Source: the human T2T-CHM13v2.0 reference genome, Homo sapiens. From it: DNA of 64,000 nucleotides. Position numbers and translations under genes: made by a program. Position 1 is the stretch's first letter, and each line of letters begins with the position of its first letter. Shown piece after piece: positions 14,081-27,700 of the stretch. The stretch lies in NCBI RefSeq assembly GCF_009914755.1, contig NC_060938.1, one strand, 5' to 3'. The notes beneath the pieces are model-generated. The model was not told the DNA's origin, searched no databases, and worked only from the letters and a program-made list of their open reading frames with translations.

Positions 14081-14408
14081 AAATAAAAAGAATGAGATCC
14101 TGCATTTGTTACAACATGGATGAGTCTGAAGGACATTATGTTAAGCAAAATCAGCCAGGCACAGAAAAATAAATATTGCAAATATTATATGTGGAATCTA
14201 AAAAAATCAAATATACAGAGAAGAGGAAAGAGTGTGTGTCGGAGTGAAGAGAGGTTGGTTAATTGGCACAAACATTCAGTAAGATAGAAGGAATAATCTG
14301 TAATGTTTAATAGCAGAGCAGGGTGACTGTAATTGACAACAATGTATATGTGACAAAATATCACCTCTACCCCATAAACATGTATGAATAGTATTATGAA
14401 TAATTTTT
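14081..14408 (+). mobile_element. L1MA-type 3'UTR fragment
   Basis: aagaatgagatcctg...caacatggatgagtctgaaggacattatgttaag...cagccaggcacagaaa...taccccataaacatgtat. Confidence 0.8.
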
Positions 14409-14424
14409 ATAGAGAAACAAGCCA

Positions 14425-14668
14425 AAAGAAACAGGTGAACTTAACTTTAGTAATGAATTTTAATTAACTTGGTAAATCCAAAATGTTGTCATTTAAACAT
14501 AAAACCAGTGTAAATCATTATTAATTTTACATATCTTTTATTTTTACTATGTGTTCAATCTAGTACATTTTATTTTATAATGAAGAGTACGTGTGAGTTT
14601 GGAGTAGCCATATTTCAACAGCTCCATTGCCATATGTGAACAGTGGCTATGGCATTGCTCAGCATAGG
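14425..14668. mobile_element. MER33/MER3-type hAT-Charlie MITE fragment
   Basis: aaagaaacaggtgaacttaacttt...tagccatatttcaacagctc...gccatatgtg...gtggcta...cagcatag. Confidence 0.65.
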
Positions 14669-14965
14669 TCACAAAAGAAAGGTAAAGGAATAGACTGGTC
14701 ATTTCAAGGTAATAGGAAGAATGAGAGAATAGAATGTTGGCAGAGCACTTTAAAAGTACAGCAAAGGAGCACTTAGTCCAACCTGGAGCTCCAAGGATGC
14801 TTCCGGGGGAAGACACCTGGGCTGGGTAAAGGCAGAATGGGGCCCATTCTCAAAGAGCCTTGTATGAGAAGGCAAGGAGTGTAGATAGTATATACATGAT
14901 CATCTGTTGCTTTACCATATCTTTTCACATACATTATTAAGTCATTTGGGAAAAGCATCAGCCCT

Positions 14966-15385
14966 TGTGGTAGGCAATTTGTGGCCAAAGCTGATTTTGT
15001 CTCCCCATTGTATTCTCTTCTTTTTCCACACAAAAAGAAGTCCTGTATTATATGTGGCAATGAGTACAGTTAAAATCTGTACCTCCCATCCAGTCTTGCA
15101 AATAAAGATGGTAACTTAAATTGTTGGTTAGTGTTTCTGGAAAATTTCCTAAACAAGAAAAGGAGGCATGTCATTTATCCATTACCCCTTCTAGCTTCTT
15201 GCTGCTCAGAAGGTAATCATGATTACTGGAGCTACAGCAACTACTTTGTGACTAAGAGGCACTCTAATGATGAAAAGTATGCTCTAAATACATCAAAGAA
15301 GGATGCATGGTACCAGTGTCCATATGACCGTGGGACTGCTGCAAGATCCCTGAATGGCCTAATTCTAGTCTTCTGGCCTGTGAGT
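14966..15385 (+). mobile_element. Old MaLR LTR (MLT1J/K/L-like)
   Basis: tgtggtaggca start and ctggagctacagcaactactttgtgact motif; highly diverged. Confidence 0.5.
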
Positions 15386-15399
15386 TCCTAACTCATTAA

Positions 15400-15765
15400 C
15401 AACCAAACAAATACACAGAGAAAAGATAGAGAACAAAATATTGGTTTCCAGATGTGGGAAAGGGGAAGGAAATCGGAAGATATATGTCACGGGGTATAAA
15501 GTAGTAGGTATGTAAATTGAACAAGTCTAGAGATCTAATGTACGATGTGAGGACTATGGGTAATAAAATTGTACCATATTTGGGATTCATAGATTTTAGC
15601 TGTTCTTGCCAAAAACAACAAAAATTGGTAAACATGTGAGATGATAGATAATGTTAATTCACTTCACTATAGTAAGTAGCCCTTTTACCGTCTGTATATA
15701 TTCCATAGCATCATGCTGTAGACCTTAAATGTATACAACAACATTTATTAAACAAATAAACAATG
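15400..15765 (+). mobile_element. L1MA8-10-type 3' end
   Basis: aagtctagagatctaatgtac...gtagaccttaaatgtatacaa followed by an A-rich tail. Confidence 0.8.
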
Positions 15766-16135
15766 ACAACCACCACAGGATATAAGCCCTACTATTAGCT
15801 TAGTTTTACATATTAGGAAACGGAGGCTTAAAATGTTATTTATTCTAGCATACACACATAATGGTTCTCATTTAGTTCTTTCAACAAGCCAATTGTTCAT
15901 CACAATTATTTAAAATTAAGAGTTTAACAAAGTTTGAGGAGCACGTGGAACACTTACTTTTTAAAGTAGCAAACCCAAGGTCACAAATAAGGTATTTAAA
16001 TGAATATATGTATAAACCAAAAAATGTGCCTTTTCAGAGAAACATGGTATAGACTTTAAATTTATATATGACTACTTATGTTTTTCTTAAAGACCAAGGT
16101 TTTATCCTTTCTTCCAGTTAAAATAATATAGAAAA

Positions 16136-16889
16136 TTTATGTTAATTTTCTATATTTGAAAATAATTATTTCTATTAGAAAATAATTATTTCTAATAGAA
16201 AGTATTATTTATATGTTAATTTTCTATATTATATTAACTTTGAAAGTGAGCCCTTTCAAAGATATATTTTCAAAATATCTACCTTATTGTCATTTATGCA
16301 AAAATGTATATATATAAACAAAAGAAAGCTCCTTTTCTGCCTATGTGATACATATCACAGAATATTCATTATGCAAATGAATATTTTGCATATTAGAATT
16401 AGAATATCAGAATATTCTAATATTTCTATAAGAAATAATTATTTCTTATAGAAATATTATTTCTATATTAATTTTCTATATTAACTTTGAAAGTGAGCCC
16501 TTTCAAGGATATATTTTCAAAATATCTACCTTATTGTCATTTATGCAAAAATGTATATATATAAACAAAAGAAAGCTCCTTTTCTGCCTATGTGATACAT
16601 ATCACAGAATATTCATTATGCAAATGAATATTTTGCATATTAGAATTAGAATATCAGAATATTCTAATATTCCTATAAGAAATAATTATTTCTTATAGAA
16701 ATATTATTTCTATATTAATTTTCTATATTATATTAACTTTGAAAGTGAGCCCTTTCAAGGATATATTTTCAAAATATCTACCTTATTGTCATTTATGCAA
16801 AAATGTATATATATAAACAAAAGAAAGCTCCTTTTCTGCTTATGTGATACATATCACAGAATATTCATTATGCAAATGAATATTTTGCA
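16136..16889. repeat. Tandem triplication of a ~250-bp AT-rich unit with palindromic junctions
   Basis: Anchor gaaagtgagcccttt at 16242, 16489 and 16741 (periods 247 and 252); only a few substitutions and one 5-bp indel between copies. Confidence 0.97.
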
Positions 16890-17225
16890 CTTTCTTCTTC
16901 ATCTGAAAGAGAGTTTTAAAATCTTTCTTGGTATATATTATTACAATGTGTGTTAAATTTGAGATGTATTTTTCCAAACATTTCATATTGTTTGTAATGC
17001 ACTAATGCAAATTATCATTTGAGAATGAGACTAAATATGCAGCAGCAACAAGTTTTACTTTCAGCTCTGCCTAAAGAAAAGTGAGAGGCTGGGATAATTA
17101 TAATAGTCTACAAGGATAAGAACATCACTGGTGAAGCTATCTTTATATAGATCTTATATTGTCATTTTAAATTAAAATATATATATTTTAATAAAAAGTT
17201 ATTGTCTTCAATATGTCACCATCAT

Positions 17226-17625
17226 TAATATAGATTGGATATTTGTTTCTTCCATATCTCATTCTGAATTGTAATTCCCAGTGTTGAAGGTGAGGCCAAG
17301 TGAGAGGTTTCTAGATAATGGGGGAGGACCCCTGATAAATGGTATAGTGCCGTCCCCTTGGTGATGAGTGAGTCAATGCAAGATCTGGCTGTTTAAAAGC
17401 GTGTGGCACCTCCCCCTTCCCACTCTTGCTTCCTCTCTTGCCATGTGAAACACTTGCTCCTCTTTTGCCTTCCATCATAATTGTAGGCTTCCTGCAGCCT
17501 CCTCAGAAGCAGATGCTGGAGCCATGCTTGCACAGCCTGCAAAACCGTGAGTCAACTAAACCTATTTTATTTACCAATTGCCCAGCCTCAAATATTTCTT
17601 TATAGCAATGCAAATGTCCTATACA
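17226..17625 (+). mobile_element. MSTB-like MaLR solo LTR
   Basis: gtgccgtccccttggtgatgagtgagt, cagaagcagatgctgg, ttctttatagcaatgcaa; 5-bp TSD atcat/atcgt. Confidence 0.88.
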
Positions 17626-17773
17626 ATCGTCATAAAAAATTTACATCATTTATAAAGTACTGGATGATATTTTAGTAAAATTAATTTTAATAACTATATT
17701 TTGTCTATTTGCTTTATGGGATTTTTAAATATGGAGAGTCAATATAAGCTAAAATCAAAGAGCACTTAATGTT

Positions 17774-18139
17774 TGCTACAGTCTGAATGTGTTTTCTCAA
17801 AATTTATATGTTGAAATTTAATTGCAAATATAATTATATTAAGAGATGAAGACTTTAAAAAGTGAATAAGTCATGAAAGCTTTGCTCTCATGAATGGAGT
17901 TAATGACCTTATAAAAAAAAGTTGCTAGGCTGCTGTTTCTCCCTTTTTGCCTTTCCAACAGGTGAAGACACAGCAACAGTGTCATTTATGGAACAGAGAT
18001 TTAGATCACCAGATACTGAATCTGCCTATGCCTTGATATTGGACATCACAGTCTTCAAAACTGTATAAATAAATTTATGTTATTTATAAAATAATCAGCC
18101 TAAGGTATTTTGTTATAGCTGCAGAAACAGACTCAGGCA
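17774..18139 (+). mobile_element. MLT1A-like MaLR solo LTR
   Basis: tgctacagtctgaatgtg...ggtattttgttatagc...cagactcaggca; TSD atgtt/atatt. Confidence 0.85.
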
Positions 18140-18270
18140 ATATTTTTCCTGTTTTAAATATTCCTTACATTGTTTGAAGTTACATAAAGCCACATTTGTA
18201 TGTTTTTAACTTTTATTAAAATCTTTAAGAAAGATTCTAAGCATGTTTCTGTTTAAGCTGATGTTATTCT

Positions 18271-18289
18271 CACACACACACACACACAC
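18271..18289. repeat. (CA)n microsatellite
   Basis: About 9 CA units. Confidence 0.85.
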
Positions 18290-19599
18290 GTGCAAGCACA
18301 GACACGAATCTATGTTTAGGCGACCAGGTTGTTCTATCTAGAAAATTTACTGAAACAGCTGTGTTTGAAGGCCTATGGAGTTAGATTTTTTATTTGTCCA
18401 AAAAGGAGCTTGATGCAAACATGTAACTACCATTATCCTAAATAACCAAAGAGCATTGATGTCATTTCTCAGAACAATGGATGGAAAAAATTTAATTAAC
18501 TCACTTTCAGAAAAGCATTTCTGAAATGTCAGTACCTGAGCATTTATTTCTTGAATAGCCTAAAAAAATCTTTTGCCATAATAGTTTTTTATGATAGTGA
18601 CTCCAGTTTTCATGATAGCCTAAGAATTAATAATCTATTAAATAAAATGTTTTCATTTATTCCAGGAAGTCTAAGAATATTTTTGAATCCCCAAATGCCC
18701 ACTAAACACTCCAGTTTTCTGAGGATAAAGTGTTTTTTTTTATTGGGTACTAAAAAGCACATAGATTTTTGTCTTCTTGTGAAAAGCTTTTGTAAGTGTA
18801 TTGAGAAAATAGAAATTGCAAAAACATTAAGAGACTTTTTATTATTTGAAGACATAGCTCATTTTGCCCAGGTGTGCTATCACAATAGATATATCAAGCA
18901 TGTGTACTGTACAAGTAATACAATTTTATAGGAAAAGAAAGCATTGTTTTAAAATTATTGGAATGGATGGATCTAACTGTTGCCTTCTAATACAGCAGAC
19001 TTTACCATATATAATAAAGAGGAAATATTCTTAAGAATATCTTATTTATATGATTATTTTTCTTTAATAATGAAAAAAGTAGATATGTCATGAATAGATG
19101 TAGAAAATTACAAAAACAGGGTTAAAACCCATTGTTTAGTCAGAGGTAGCATGAAGACATCAAATAAAAACTATATTAAAATATCTTCAAATGTGTACCT
19201 GTTCATTTTTTAGAAGTTTCTTGGTTTTTTAATCTGTTTTACTTGCCTTTTTCAATCTTTTTTTAGAAAAATGAAATTAAAGAAACTAAACATATTCAGA
19301 TTAATTTTTTCCTCCATGTCATTATGTTATTCTAATTACTCTGTGTCTTTGGGAGTTTGATTAATTACTACCCTGGAAGCACAGTATCTTTACCTCTATT
19401 TAATAATTTTGGATTTTCTTAGCATTCATTCATTCTTCTATCCATTACTCAAATATTTTCTACTGTATTTCCATGTTTTCTTTTGTATTTTCCCAGGTAA
19501 TCTTTGCTGCCACAATCACACAGACATAAAGTGAAAGGATAATTTTTTTCTTGCATCTGTTGTGAAAACCTTAGTAACAAATAGTAACTGTTCCAAGAC

Positions 19600-20485
19600 T
19601 GTCAAATAGATTTATAAGATATTTTCACATGATAGAGTTCTGTTAGAATTTTTCACTACACTAACTGACATAAAAATGATGTTACTCATGCAGGAGAAAA
19701 GTGATCTTTAATGACAGCTCAGGACAATAAGAAAAAGAAAACTAAAAAGGGGAAGGCGGAAGCATATGTGTAGTAAAAATAAACATTGACCATATAAAAG
19801 TAAAAATAATCACCTGTCGAGCTTAAATAGAGAGTAAAAAATATCTGATAATAATACCACAAAAGGCAAGAGAGGGTAAGATAAATAAATATTCACTTTT
19901 AAATATCAATTTTAAACGGATTGATAAATGAGAAGATGGCTAAAATGCCCATAAACTAAGCAGAGCTTAATTTAGAATCACAATAAGAGGAAATTTGTTT
20001 ATTGAGATAGTAGTAAAGCATGACATTATAATTGTGCTTATAATATCAAGAATAATATAATCTCTAGAGATACCATAATACTTGAAGGAATACTTAATTA
20101 ATGCTAACAAAGGCAGATGCTGAAATCAAGATTATTAATCAGGAAGAAGTCAATAATAGAGATAAAAATAAATGTAAGTGTAAAGCACAAACGAATATGA
20201 GTAAATGTATCAGGAATTACATTAAATATAATACACAAATGTAAAGACAAAAGACTTTATATTGTTTAATCAGTAAAAGAAACATCTAATTTACAGCAAA
20301 AGTAAATATCAGAAGAAATAATAACAAAACGGATCACTCAACAAACTTTCCAGCAGCCAATCATAACTTCCCAGAAAATGTGGTAGAAGTAATAACATCC
20401 CATTCACTATCAGATAGAAAAATTATAATATTCCTAAGAAATGTCCAAGATTATTATACAAAAATCTCTAAATAGCATTTGTCAA
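19600..20485 (+). mobile_element. Highly decayed old L1M fragments (inter-ORF region/ORF2)
   Basis: A-rich strand bias; catcccattcactat...aagaaatgtccaaga resembles the ORF2 PFTIA...TRDVKD region. Confidence 0.4.
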
Positions 20486-21269
20486 AATGTACAGTGGAAT
20501 TATCCAGATGCTACGTACCAGACATTTAGTCTTCCAATAGATTAAATTTAGGAGCAGATATAGGAAGCATCAAAGACTTTTAAAAATCCCAAACAATGTA
20601 ACTCTTATCACGGATTTTTTTGTCATTTCTGTTTATGTTTGTTTATTTTGTTTTGGAGAATAATGCTATTTTTCTGATAAAGCATGCTAAATGTGTTAAT
20701 GTATAATGGATGCTTTAACTTTATTTCTAAATGAATTACTATGTTTTATATTTTACTATACATTACCCTGTTTTATATTTCACAATTTTTAACAAAGTGA
20801 CTCCCTGTAGCTAGATTGTAAAGGAGTCCTGAGACCAAAATGCTTGTTCTAAACAGCTGCAAACAAAGGTAAAAGAAGATGTACTGTTTCTATTTTAATA
20901 TATACATGTTAAAACTATTACTTCTTCCAAAGCCAATCTGCAAGCTGAAAACTGGGTTTCACTGCTTTATTTTAGAAACATTCATGTTTATATTCAAATT
21001 TATATGTATGTCTATAGATTCATGAGTAAGATCATTTCAAGCTTGATCATTTAATTTGAGATTCTTGCCTATTTAAAAAGCTGAAATATAGCATCAGAGG
21101 AGATACATTAGTATGAACACACTAAAAAATTCTACAGCCTTAAAACTGGCATTCCAATATATTAGGAAAAATAAAGGGGTTGGGGGAGAAGGGAGTTAAG
21201 GGAGGCTGAAGAGGATAAGTTGCAGAAGACTTAAAAAATCTTAATCTGAAAATTATTCAATTCACATGT

Positions 21270-21702
21270 TGTGATGGTTAATACTGAATGTCAACTTGAC
21301 TGGATTGAAGGATACAAAGTATTGATCCTGGTTGTGTCTGTGAGGGTGTTGTCAAAGGATATTAACATTTGAGTCAGTGGACAGGAAAAGGCACACCCAC
21401 CCTTAATCTGGTGGGCACAATTTCATCAGCTGCCAATGAATATAAAGCAGGCAGAAAAACATGAAAAGGAGAGACTGGCCTAGCCTCCCAGCTTACATCT
21501 GTCTCCCATGCTGGATGCTTCCTGGCCTTGAACACTGGCCTCCAAGTTCTTCAGTTTTGGGACTCGAATTGACTCTCCTGCGCCTCAGCTTGCAGAAAGC
21601 CTATTGTTCGACCTTGTGATCGTGTAAGTTAATATTTAATAAACCTCCCTTTATATATATATATATCCTATTAGTTCTGTCACTCTAGAGAACCCTAATA
21701 CA
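21270..21702 (+). mobile_element. MLT2A1 (HERVL) solo LTR
   Basis: tgtgatggttaatactga...gaaggatacaaagtattgatcctgg...ctagagaaccctaataca; TSD catgt/catgc. Confidence 0.93.
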
Positions 21703-22649
21703 CATGCAATCAATAAAGCATTATGATCAATTTGAAGAAACAATGCAGCGACAAATCCATTAAGAGGTATACATTTTAAAACTTCTATAATGTTCTTAGT
21801 AAAGAATTTAGATAGTAAGTCTGGATGAACTTTGAAAGTAGTATGTTGTAAAGGAGATTTTATTCTGATTAAGACAGTTGGATTACCTAACCTTTAAGGG
21901 TCCTTCCAACCAAAATATTTAGTCTTTCCACATTTGTCTCAACAGCGCCGTTCTGGTTCTGATTTACACAATGCTGTTTCTTTAGACATGATTTTTTTGT
22001 CCTTTTAAATGGTTAAAACATATACTAGGAAAATAAAACTATTAAAAGTAACTCTAGTGAAAGTTTCAGTTTTACATACAAGGAGCGTAGGAATGGGGAA
22101 AATGTAATTATCCAGTAAAGCACACCCTTAAAAAAAGTTTTCTTGAAATTAGCAATTAAAAACGGATAATACCAAAGATAAACAAAAATGTTATCAGTCA
22201 TTTATACAAGGTTTCAAGAACTACCATATAAAATACACTTCTTGGGAATACTTTACATAATAAAGAATTGAGTATTAGATCTTCAGAAAGTCTCCTTAAC
22301 ATGCTGCTGTTAACTAAACTTCATATTTGATACTGACTGTAAAAAAGTTATATGAGAAACTGTTACATTTGAGATGTCATAAAAAATAAAAACTTAGTGT
22401 AACTACAAACTTTCATAAACTATATTTTCCATTTGGAGAGAAGTTAAAGTCATAATTGTCACTATTCTAACCACCATTACCTTTTAACATAACGATTTCT
22501 GAGACATCATATTCTAAGTTGCTTAATCAAAGTGTTCATGAGGGACAAAATTAATCAATGATTGATATTTGCTTTAAATTTTTTTCACTGGCCACTCTAC
22601 AGTTTATAATTACTTCATTGCTATTTAATATATTTTACTTTTTTATATT

Positions 22650-22812
22650 TTACCAATTTACATTATTTATTGTCTATCATATGCACTGAAATGAAAATCT
22701 TATAAGAGCTGAGATTTTGTCTACTTTGATCATAGCTGTATTCTCAGTATCTATGACTCAGCCTTGCTAAGGTAGATGCTCAAGAAATATTATTGAATAG
22801 AGTAAATGAATC
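22650..22812 (+). mobile_element. L2 3' end
   Basis: gattttgtctactttgatcatagctgtattctcag...gtagatgctcaagaaatattattgaat. Confidence 0.7.
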
Positions 22813-23586
22813 ATTCCTAGACTGGAAGTTATACATTAAACATCCAAGCACCCAACTCCTCCTTAAACAAATATTCACTCAGCCTCTAATTTTACTCAGC
22901 ATCACATAACACTGTACACTGATAAGGTGCTAGAAATAAATGAATGAGCTTGCAGTCACATCAAAATGTCATTATTAAAATCTTATGAAATGTTTTCACC
23001 ATGTGTCAAGAAAAAAACCTTAATTTTTGCTATATAAATACATATTGCTATAAAAATATTTATTTTTTGCTTTTAAAACAGAATTCCGTTTTGGATTGAT
23101 AGATGCTTTCTATGTTCCCAAAAGATATACTGCCTGATGGTGAAAAAATTTATTAAACAATTCAATTGTAATATGGATCTCCTTTGATATTTTAATAATT
23201 TGCTAAGAGTCAGGTGTTTTTAATCACAAAACTATAACAATTGTTTGTATTATTATACTTAAAAATAGTTTTATAGTCTTTAAGCAAATAAAATATTGGT
23301 ATTAAAATAATGCAAATTACTCTTTCCATAGAAAATTGTTTGCATGTTTCTGAAAGTTGGCAAATGTGACAAAATTAAAAATTGTTACGTCAGTATAAGT
23401 AAGAAAAATTTTTCGAAGGTACATAAAAATACATAAAATGATGTTGAATATGTATGCTTTTCACGTCTCTTCTAAAGAAGTAAAAATTATAAATTAAGGT
23501 ATTTCAAAGCAAATTAAATCAAGGGACATATTAATTTTTTATGATTCCCTGAAATAAAATTTTATTTTTATTTTTATTATTGTTTT

Positions 23587-23804
23587 GTATAGTGTAGTAG
23601 AAAGATGCCTTTAAGAGCAAAATGGACATGAGCTAAAATCTCAACTCTGCCATTTATAACTATGAGGATCTAAGGCAAAATCAGCAATTTTGTGGTCTTC
23701 AGTTTGCTAATCGGTAAAAACTGATGATGTTTCATGAGATAAAGAATATAAAGCACTCATCTGAACACCTGACTATGGTTAAGTCTAATAAAAGTGATAT
23801 ATTA
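23587..23804 (+). mobile_element. MIR
   Basis: aaatctcaactctgccatttataactatg...tcagtttgctaatcggtaaaa core. Confidence 0.7.
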
Positions 23805-24024
23805 TGGCTATCATATGGTCAGTATTCACAAATGACAATTATATTTCTCTTCTATATTCCTAATTTTTTTCTCTTCCATTAGTAAGGTATTTGTAAAACA
23901 GAGAAATGAAGATTTTTGTACAATATGATATCAGATCTAAGATTAAAATAAATTATGAAATTTATGGAGAAATTATGGATATTTCATGTGACTAAGAGAA
24001 AAGAACTTCATATTCCTTAATCTC

Positions 24025-24260
24025 TTTATTCATGTAGTCATCTGATTCATTGAACATTTATTCAGCTTTTGCCTATTGAATGTTTATGTTGTTCAAAGTA
24101 ATATTCTTGGGCTTGAAGGTATTGTCATGAACAAAAAATACTTGTTCCTGGCCTCATGACATAATGTTTACTGAAAAAGAACGTAATTAAATCAGATCTT
24201 AAAAATCATTTATCATAAACTAGGTCACTTTCTATAAGAGCAAAGTAGAGGGAGAGAGAA
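24025..24260 (-). mobile_element. L2 3' end fragment
   Basis: ttcattgaacatttattcag...atgaacaaaaaatacttgttcctggcctcatg. Confidence 0.55.
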
Positions 24261-24485
24261 ATCTAGATTTGCTAGATATGACTTTCCTGGGTAATCATCA
24301 ACGTAATCCATCACTATTCCTGGAAGGCATTAATTTTTAGGATTTAGAAACAAGTAATTCAACTTTCTGAAATTATATTATTCATGTTCCCCAACATATT
24401 TTTACATTTTAATAATCACAAATGGCCAAAATAATAAATAGCGAATTATATTTTTGTAATAGTTATGCTAAAAGTTTCAGAAATT

Positions 24486-24787
24486 GACCGGGCACGGTGG
24501 CTCATGCTTGTAATCCCAGCATTTTAGGAGGCCGAGGTGGGCAGATCACCTGAGGTCGGGATTTTGAGACCAGCTTGGACAATGTGGTGAAACCTCGTCT
24601 CTACTAAAAATACAAAAAAAAAAAAAAAATAGCCAGGTGTGGTGGCACATGCCTGTAATCTCAGCTACTCAGGAGGCTGAGGCAGGAGAATCACTTGAAC
24701 CCAGAGGAAGGACGTTACAGTGAGCCAAGATTGTGCCACTGCACTTCAGTCTGGGCGACAGAGTGAGACTCTGCACCCCCACCAAAG
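24486..24787 (+). mobile_element. AluSx-type
   Basis: Full dimer with expanded middle A tract and degraded tail; TSD aaaagtttcagaaatt / aaaaggttttcagaaact. Confidence 0.93.
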
Positions 24788-27700
24788 AAAAGGTTTTCAG
24801 AAACTCTCTCCAAATATATAAATATATATACATACTAAATTTGTATTAAATAATATATTTAATATTTAACAATAAATATAGTGCATATGTAAAATAAATA
24901 TGAGCATAAATACTATATTTACACATGCATATTCCATAGACGACATGCCTGGCTTAGTATCACTGTCAACTAAAATGTTACAAGATGATTATTCATTGCA
25001 ATAATAGTAAAATAATCTGTACTTGATACAGACATTAATGGAAAATAGGAATGAAAGGAATTATAACACTAATAAATGCCAAAACAAGATCATTTACAAA
25101 TTGAAAGATATTGTCACAAGTGTTTAATACTGAAAAATTATTATTACTGAAGAAAAAAAGAAGAAAATAAAGTTAAAACACCTAGAATCTTAAAGCATTA
25201 ATTGCTCTATTGGAGAATCCTCATCTTGTTGTCATGAAAAATATTGCAGGGATAGATAAATGTCTTTTAGTTTGCTTTGACCTTCATGGAATGTTAGAGT
25301 GTATTAGAAAGCATATTGAATCTGAATGTTAGAATATATGTTGTTTCAGAAAGGCTTATTTTATTAGTTTAATGATGAATATTTTAGTTGTGCTGGTAAG
25401 ACTGATAATGTCTTTTGCCATTTAAGATTTTAGTTGAATTGTGTGTTGAAATATTTATGCAAGAACATTCACATCTTTACATTTCCGCTGTTTTATTACT
25501 TACAAAATCCCTAGCCTATAGTGATCATTCAAATATTGGAAAATGCAGTGAATATTGGTAGGCAGAAATTTTAAAAGTTAGTATTTTAATTGTATAGCAG
25601 ATTAACAGCATTCCACAGAATCATGTGTCAGACCTATCAATGTTAAAATCTATCTTGCTTCCCAACATTTTTTCTTGTTAGCTACTCAAAAGATTTATGC
25701 AAAATATACACTTTACAATATTATTATTTTTATTTGCAAATATGACTCATTGTTAGCAGCAGAGATAGCTACACACATAAATTTATGGTAATAGCTACAG
25801 GAAAGACTGACTGATTATTGTGATTGCTTCTCCCCTATATGTTCATTTCCTGCTTCACCAAATATGTTGACCATAACTTGCAACTCCACGTGCCAGCATT
25901 TATTTCTCATCCTTCCTTTCTACTTAACATCACGAGATATCTTAGGACCAGTACTGTATATATAAATAAGTTTAGACTCTTGCTTAGAGAAGTATAATAT
26001 TTCTTTTCCTATATTTTTAAATTCTGAACTATTTTTTCTCTAGATTCAGCCTTAAGTCTGGTTCTCCAGACTTGTGTACAATTTTATTAGCATCTCTTCC
26101 AGGTCAACACATTTCAGTCAGTCATTTTGTATGATCTAAAACTTCGGAATCCTCTAATGGATGTAAACATAATGCTGTCTCTGTAGATAATAAAAGTTTT
26201 CCAGGAAAAGGTAACATCTAAATTGATGAGGCAAAACTGACCACCTAAAAAGTGTTTTCATAGTAAGGATTAAATATCAAAGTAATTGTAATTTGCTGAG
26301 CCTATAATATGACAGTCACTTCCTATCTAGATAATTACATACAGAATAGGCATTAGTTTTTATAGGAAAAAATAAAAATATAGGAGAATTTTGAGTCAAT
26401 TTAGGTCATTTTTAGCAAAGATTTTCCCAAATATCAAGAAAAGCATTTTTTCAGATATTCTTTAGATATAGGCAGAGGGTTAAGCTTTATTGTATAAGTT
26501 ATCCTAAAGTATTTAATAATTACCAAAGTATACATACAATTGTAGTTACTGCATTTATTATTTTCATCTAAATTTGTCATGATGACAGCAAAATAAAAAT
26601 GTATTACACCGTTCATTCCCCTTAATAATATGAAGTCTTCAAAAATTAGATTGAGGGAATTATTAACTATGCATTCATTTTTTTAACATTTTAGAAAACT
26701 TTTGCTAAAGATCTAGCTATTTTATACATCCTATATTTAATCACAACTCTTCTAATGTGTCAAGAATGAAACAAGGGTGAAGATCTATACTTTTCTTTTG
26801 TGAACAACAGCGATTTCAACTGGCAATGCTTATTGAGTTGAAGTTGTAAGTAACTTACTTAGTGGGCATCAATCAAATGCAGCATGTCATATTTGATTTC
26901 TGCTTACACATGAGCTCTATAAATATTTAAACAGTATTATTTTTAAAGATGAAAGTATCTGCAGTAAAACTGAATATTAAATAGCCCCAGGTAACTCCTA
27001 GAACTTTTAATGTATAATTAGTTATAAGTGAGGAGGTTTGGAATTCAGGTAACCAAGGAGATTTGTTTGTATAAAACATGATTAAGTTCTTGAATATAAA
27101 ATTTACAATCTTTTGTCTAACATGGGTTCTCATATTTTTGCCAGAACACAACGGAAAATATTTGTAGAATAAAATTCAATACTGCATTTTGATTCATCAT
27201 ATATTTTAAAGTATATCACTTCCAACATGATCATATATATTTTTAATATTCTTAAAAATATTTACAATTTTTCTCAGCAAAATTTACCTTCTAAAAGGAA
27301 ATGAAAATTCCATGGTTATTTTTCATGGGAAAAAAAACTCCAAAAGACAATAGGCTTTGATATATAGTGTATATAAACTTAATTGATCAATAGGCAGACA
27401 GCTCTGTATAAAAGCTTGTGGCAAATACTCTATAAATGATAGGACAAAGGAAATGTGGTGTTTTATCTTTGTTTCCCCACACTACAAGAACTGCCTGAAG
27501 GAAAAAAAAGACATAAGTTATAGTATTTTTGAGTGCTCAATAAATAACTTACATGCAAATGAGTAAGGTCAAAAGAGGAAGGAAGAGAAAAAGAGAGAGT
27601 GAGAGAATCTTATAAACAAACAGAAGTCTAACTTTTAAGATGATGGTGAAAAATTTGAGTATCTTCTAACCAATAATTTAGGTATCTGTTTTTAAGATAC

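Noticed and set aside
16136-16889. CRISPR-like array (palindromic repeats at regular spacing)
   Set aside because: The sequences between the palindromes are identical copies, not unique spacers; the period is ~250 bp; there are no cas genes; the context is primate.
17226-18139. Adjacent MSTB and MLT1A as a two-LTR element
   Set aside because: Different families with separate 5-bp TSDs.
18551-18931. 126-aa ORF with an antisense 81-aa ORF
   Set aside because: Non-ATG start, AT-driven F/I/K/L composition, no recognisable domain or exon structure.
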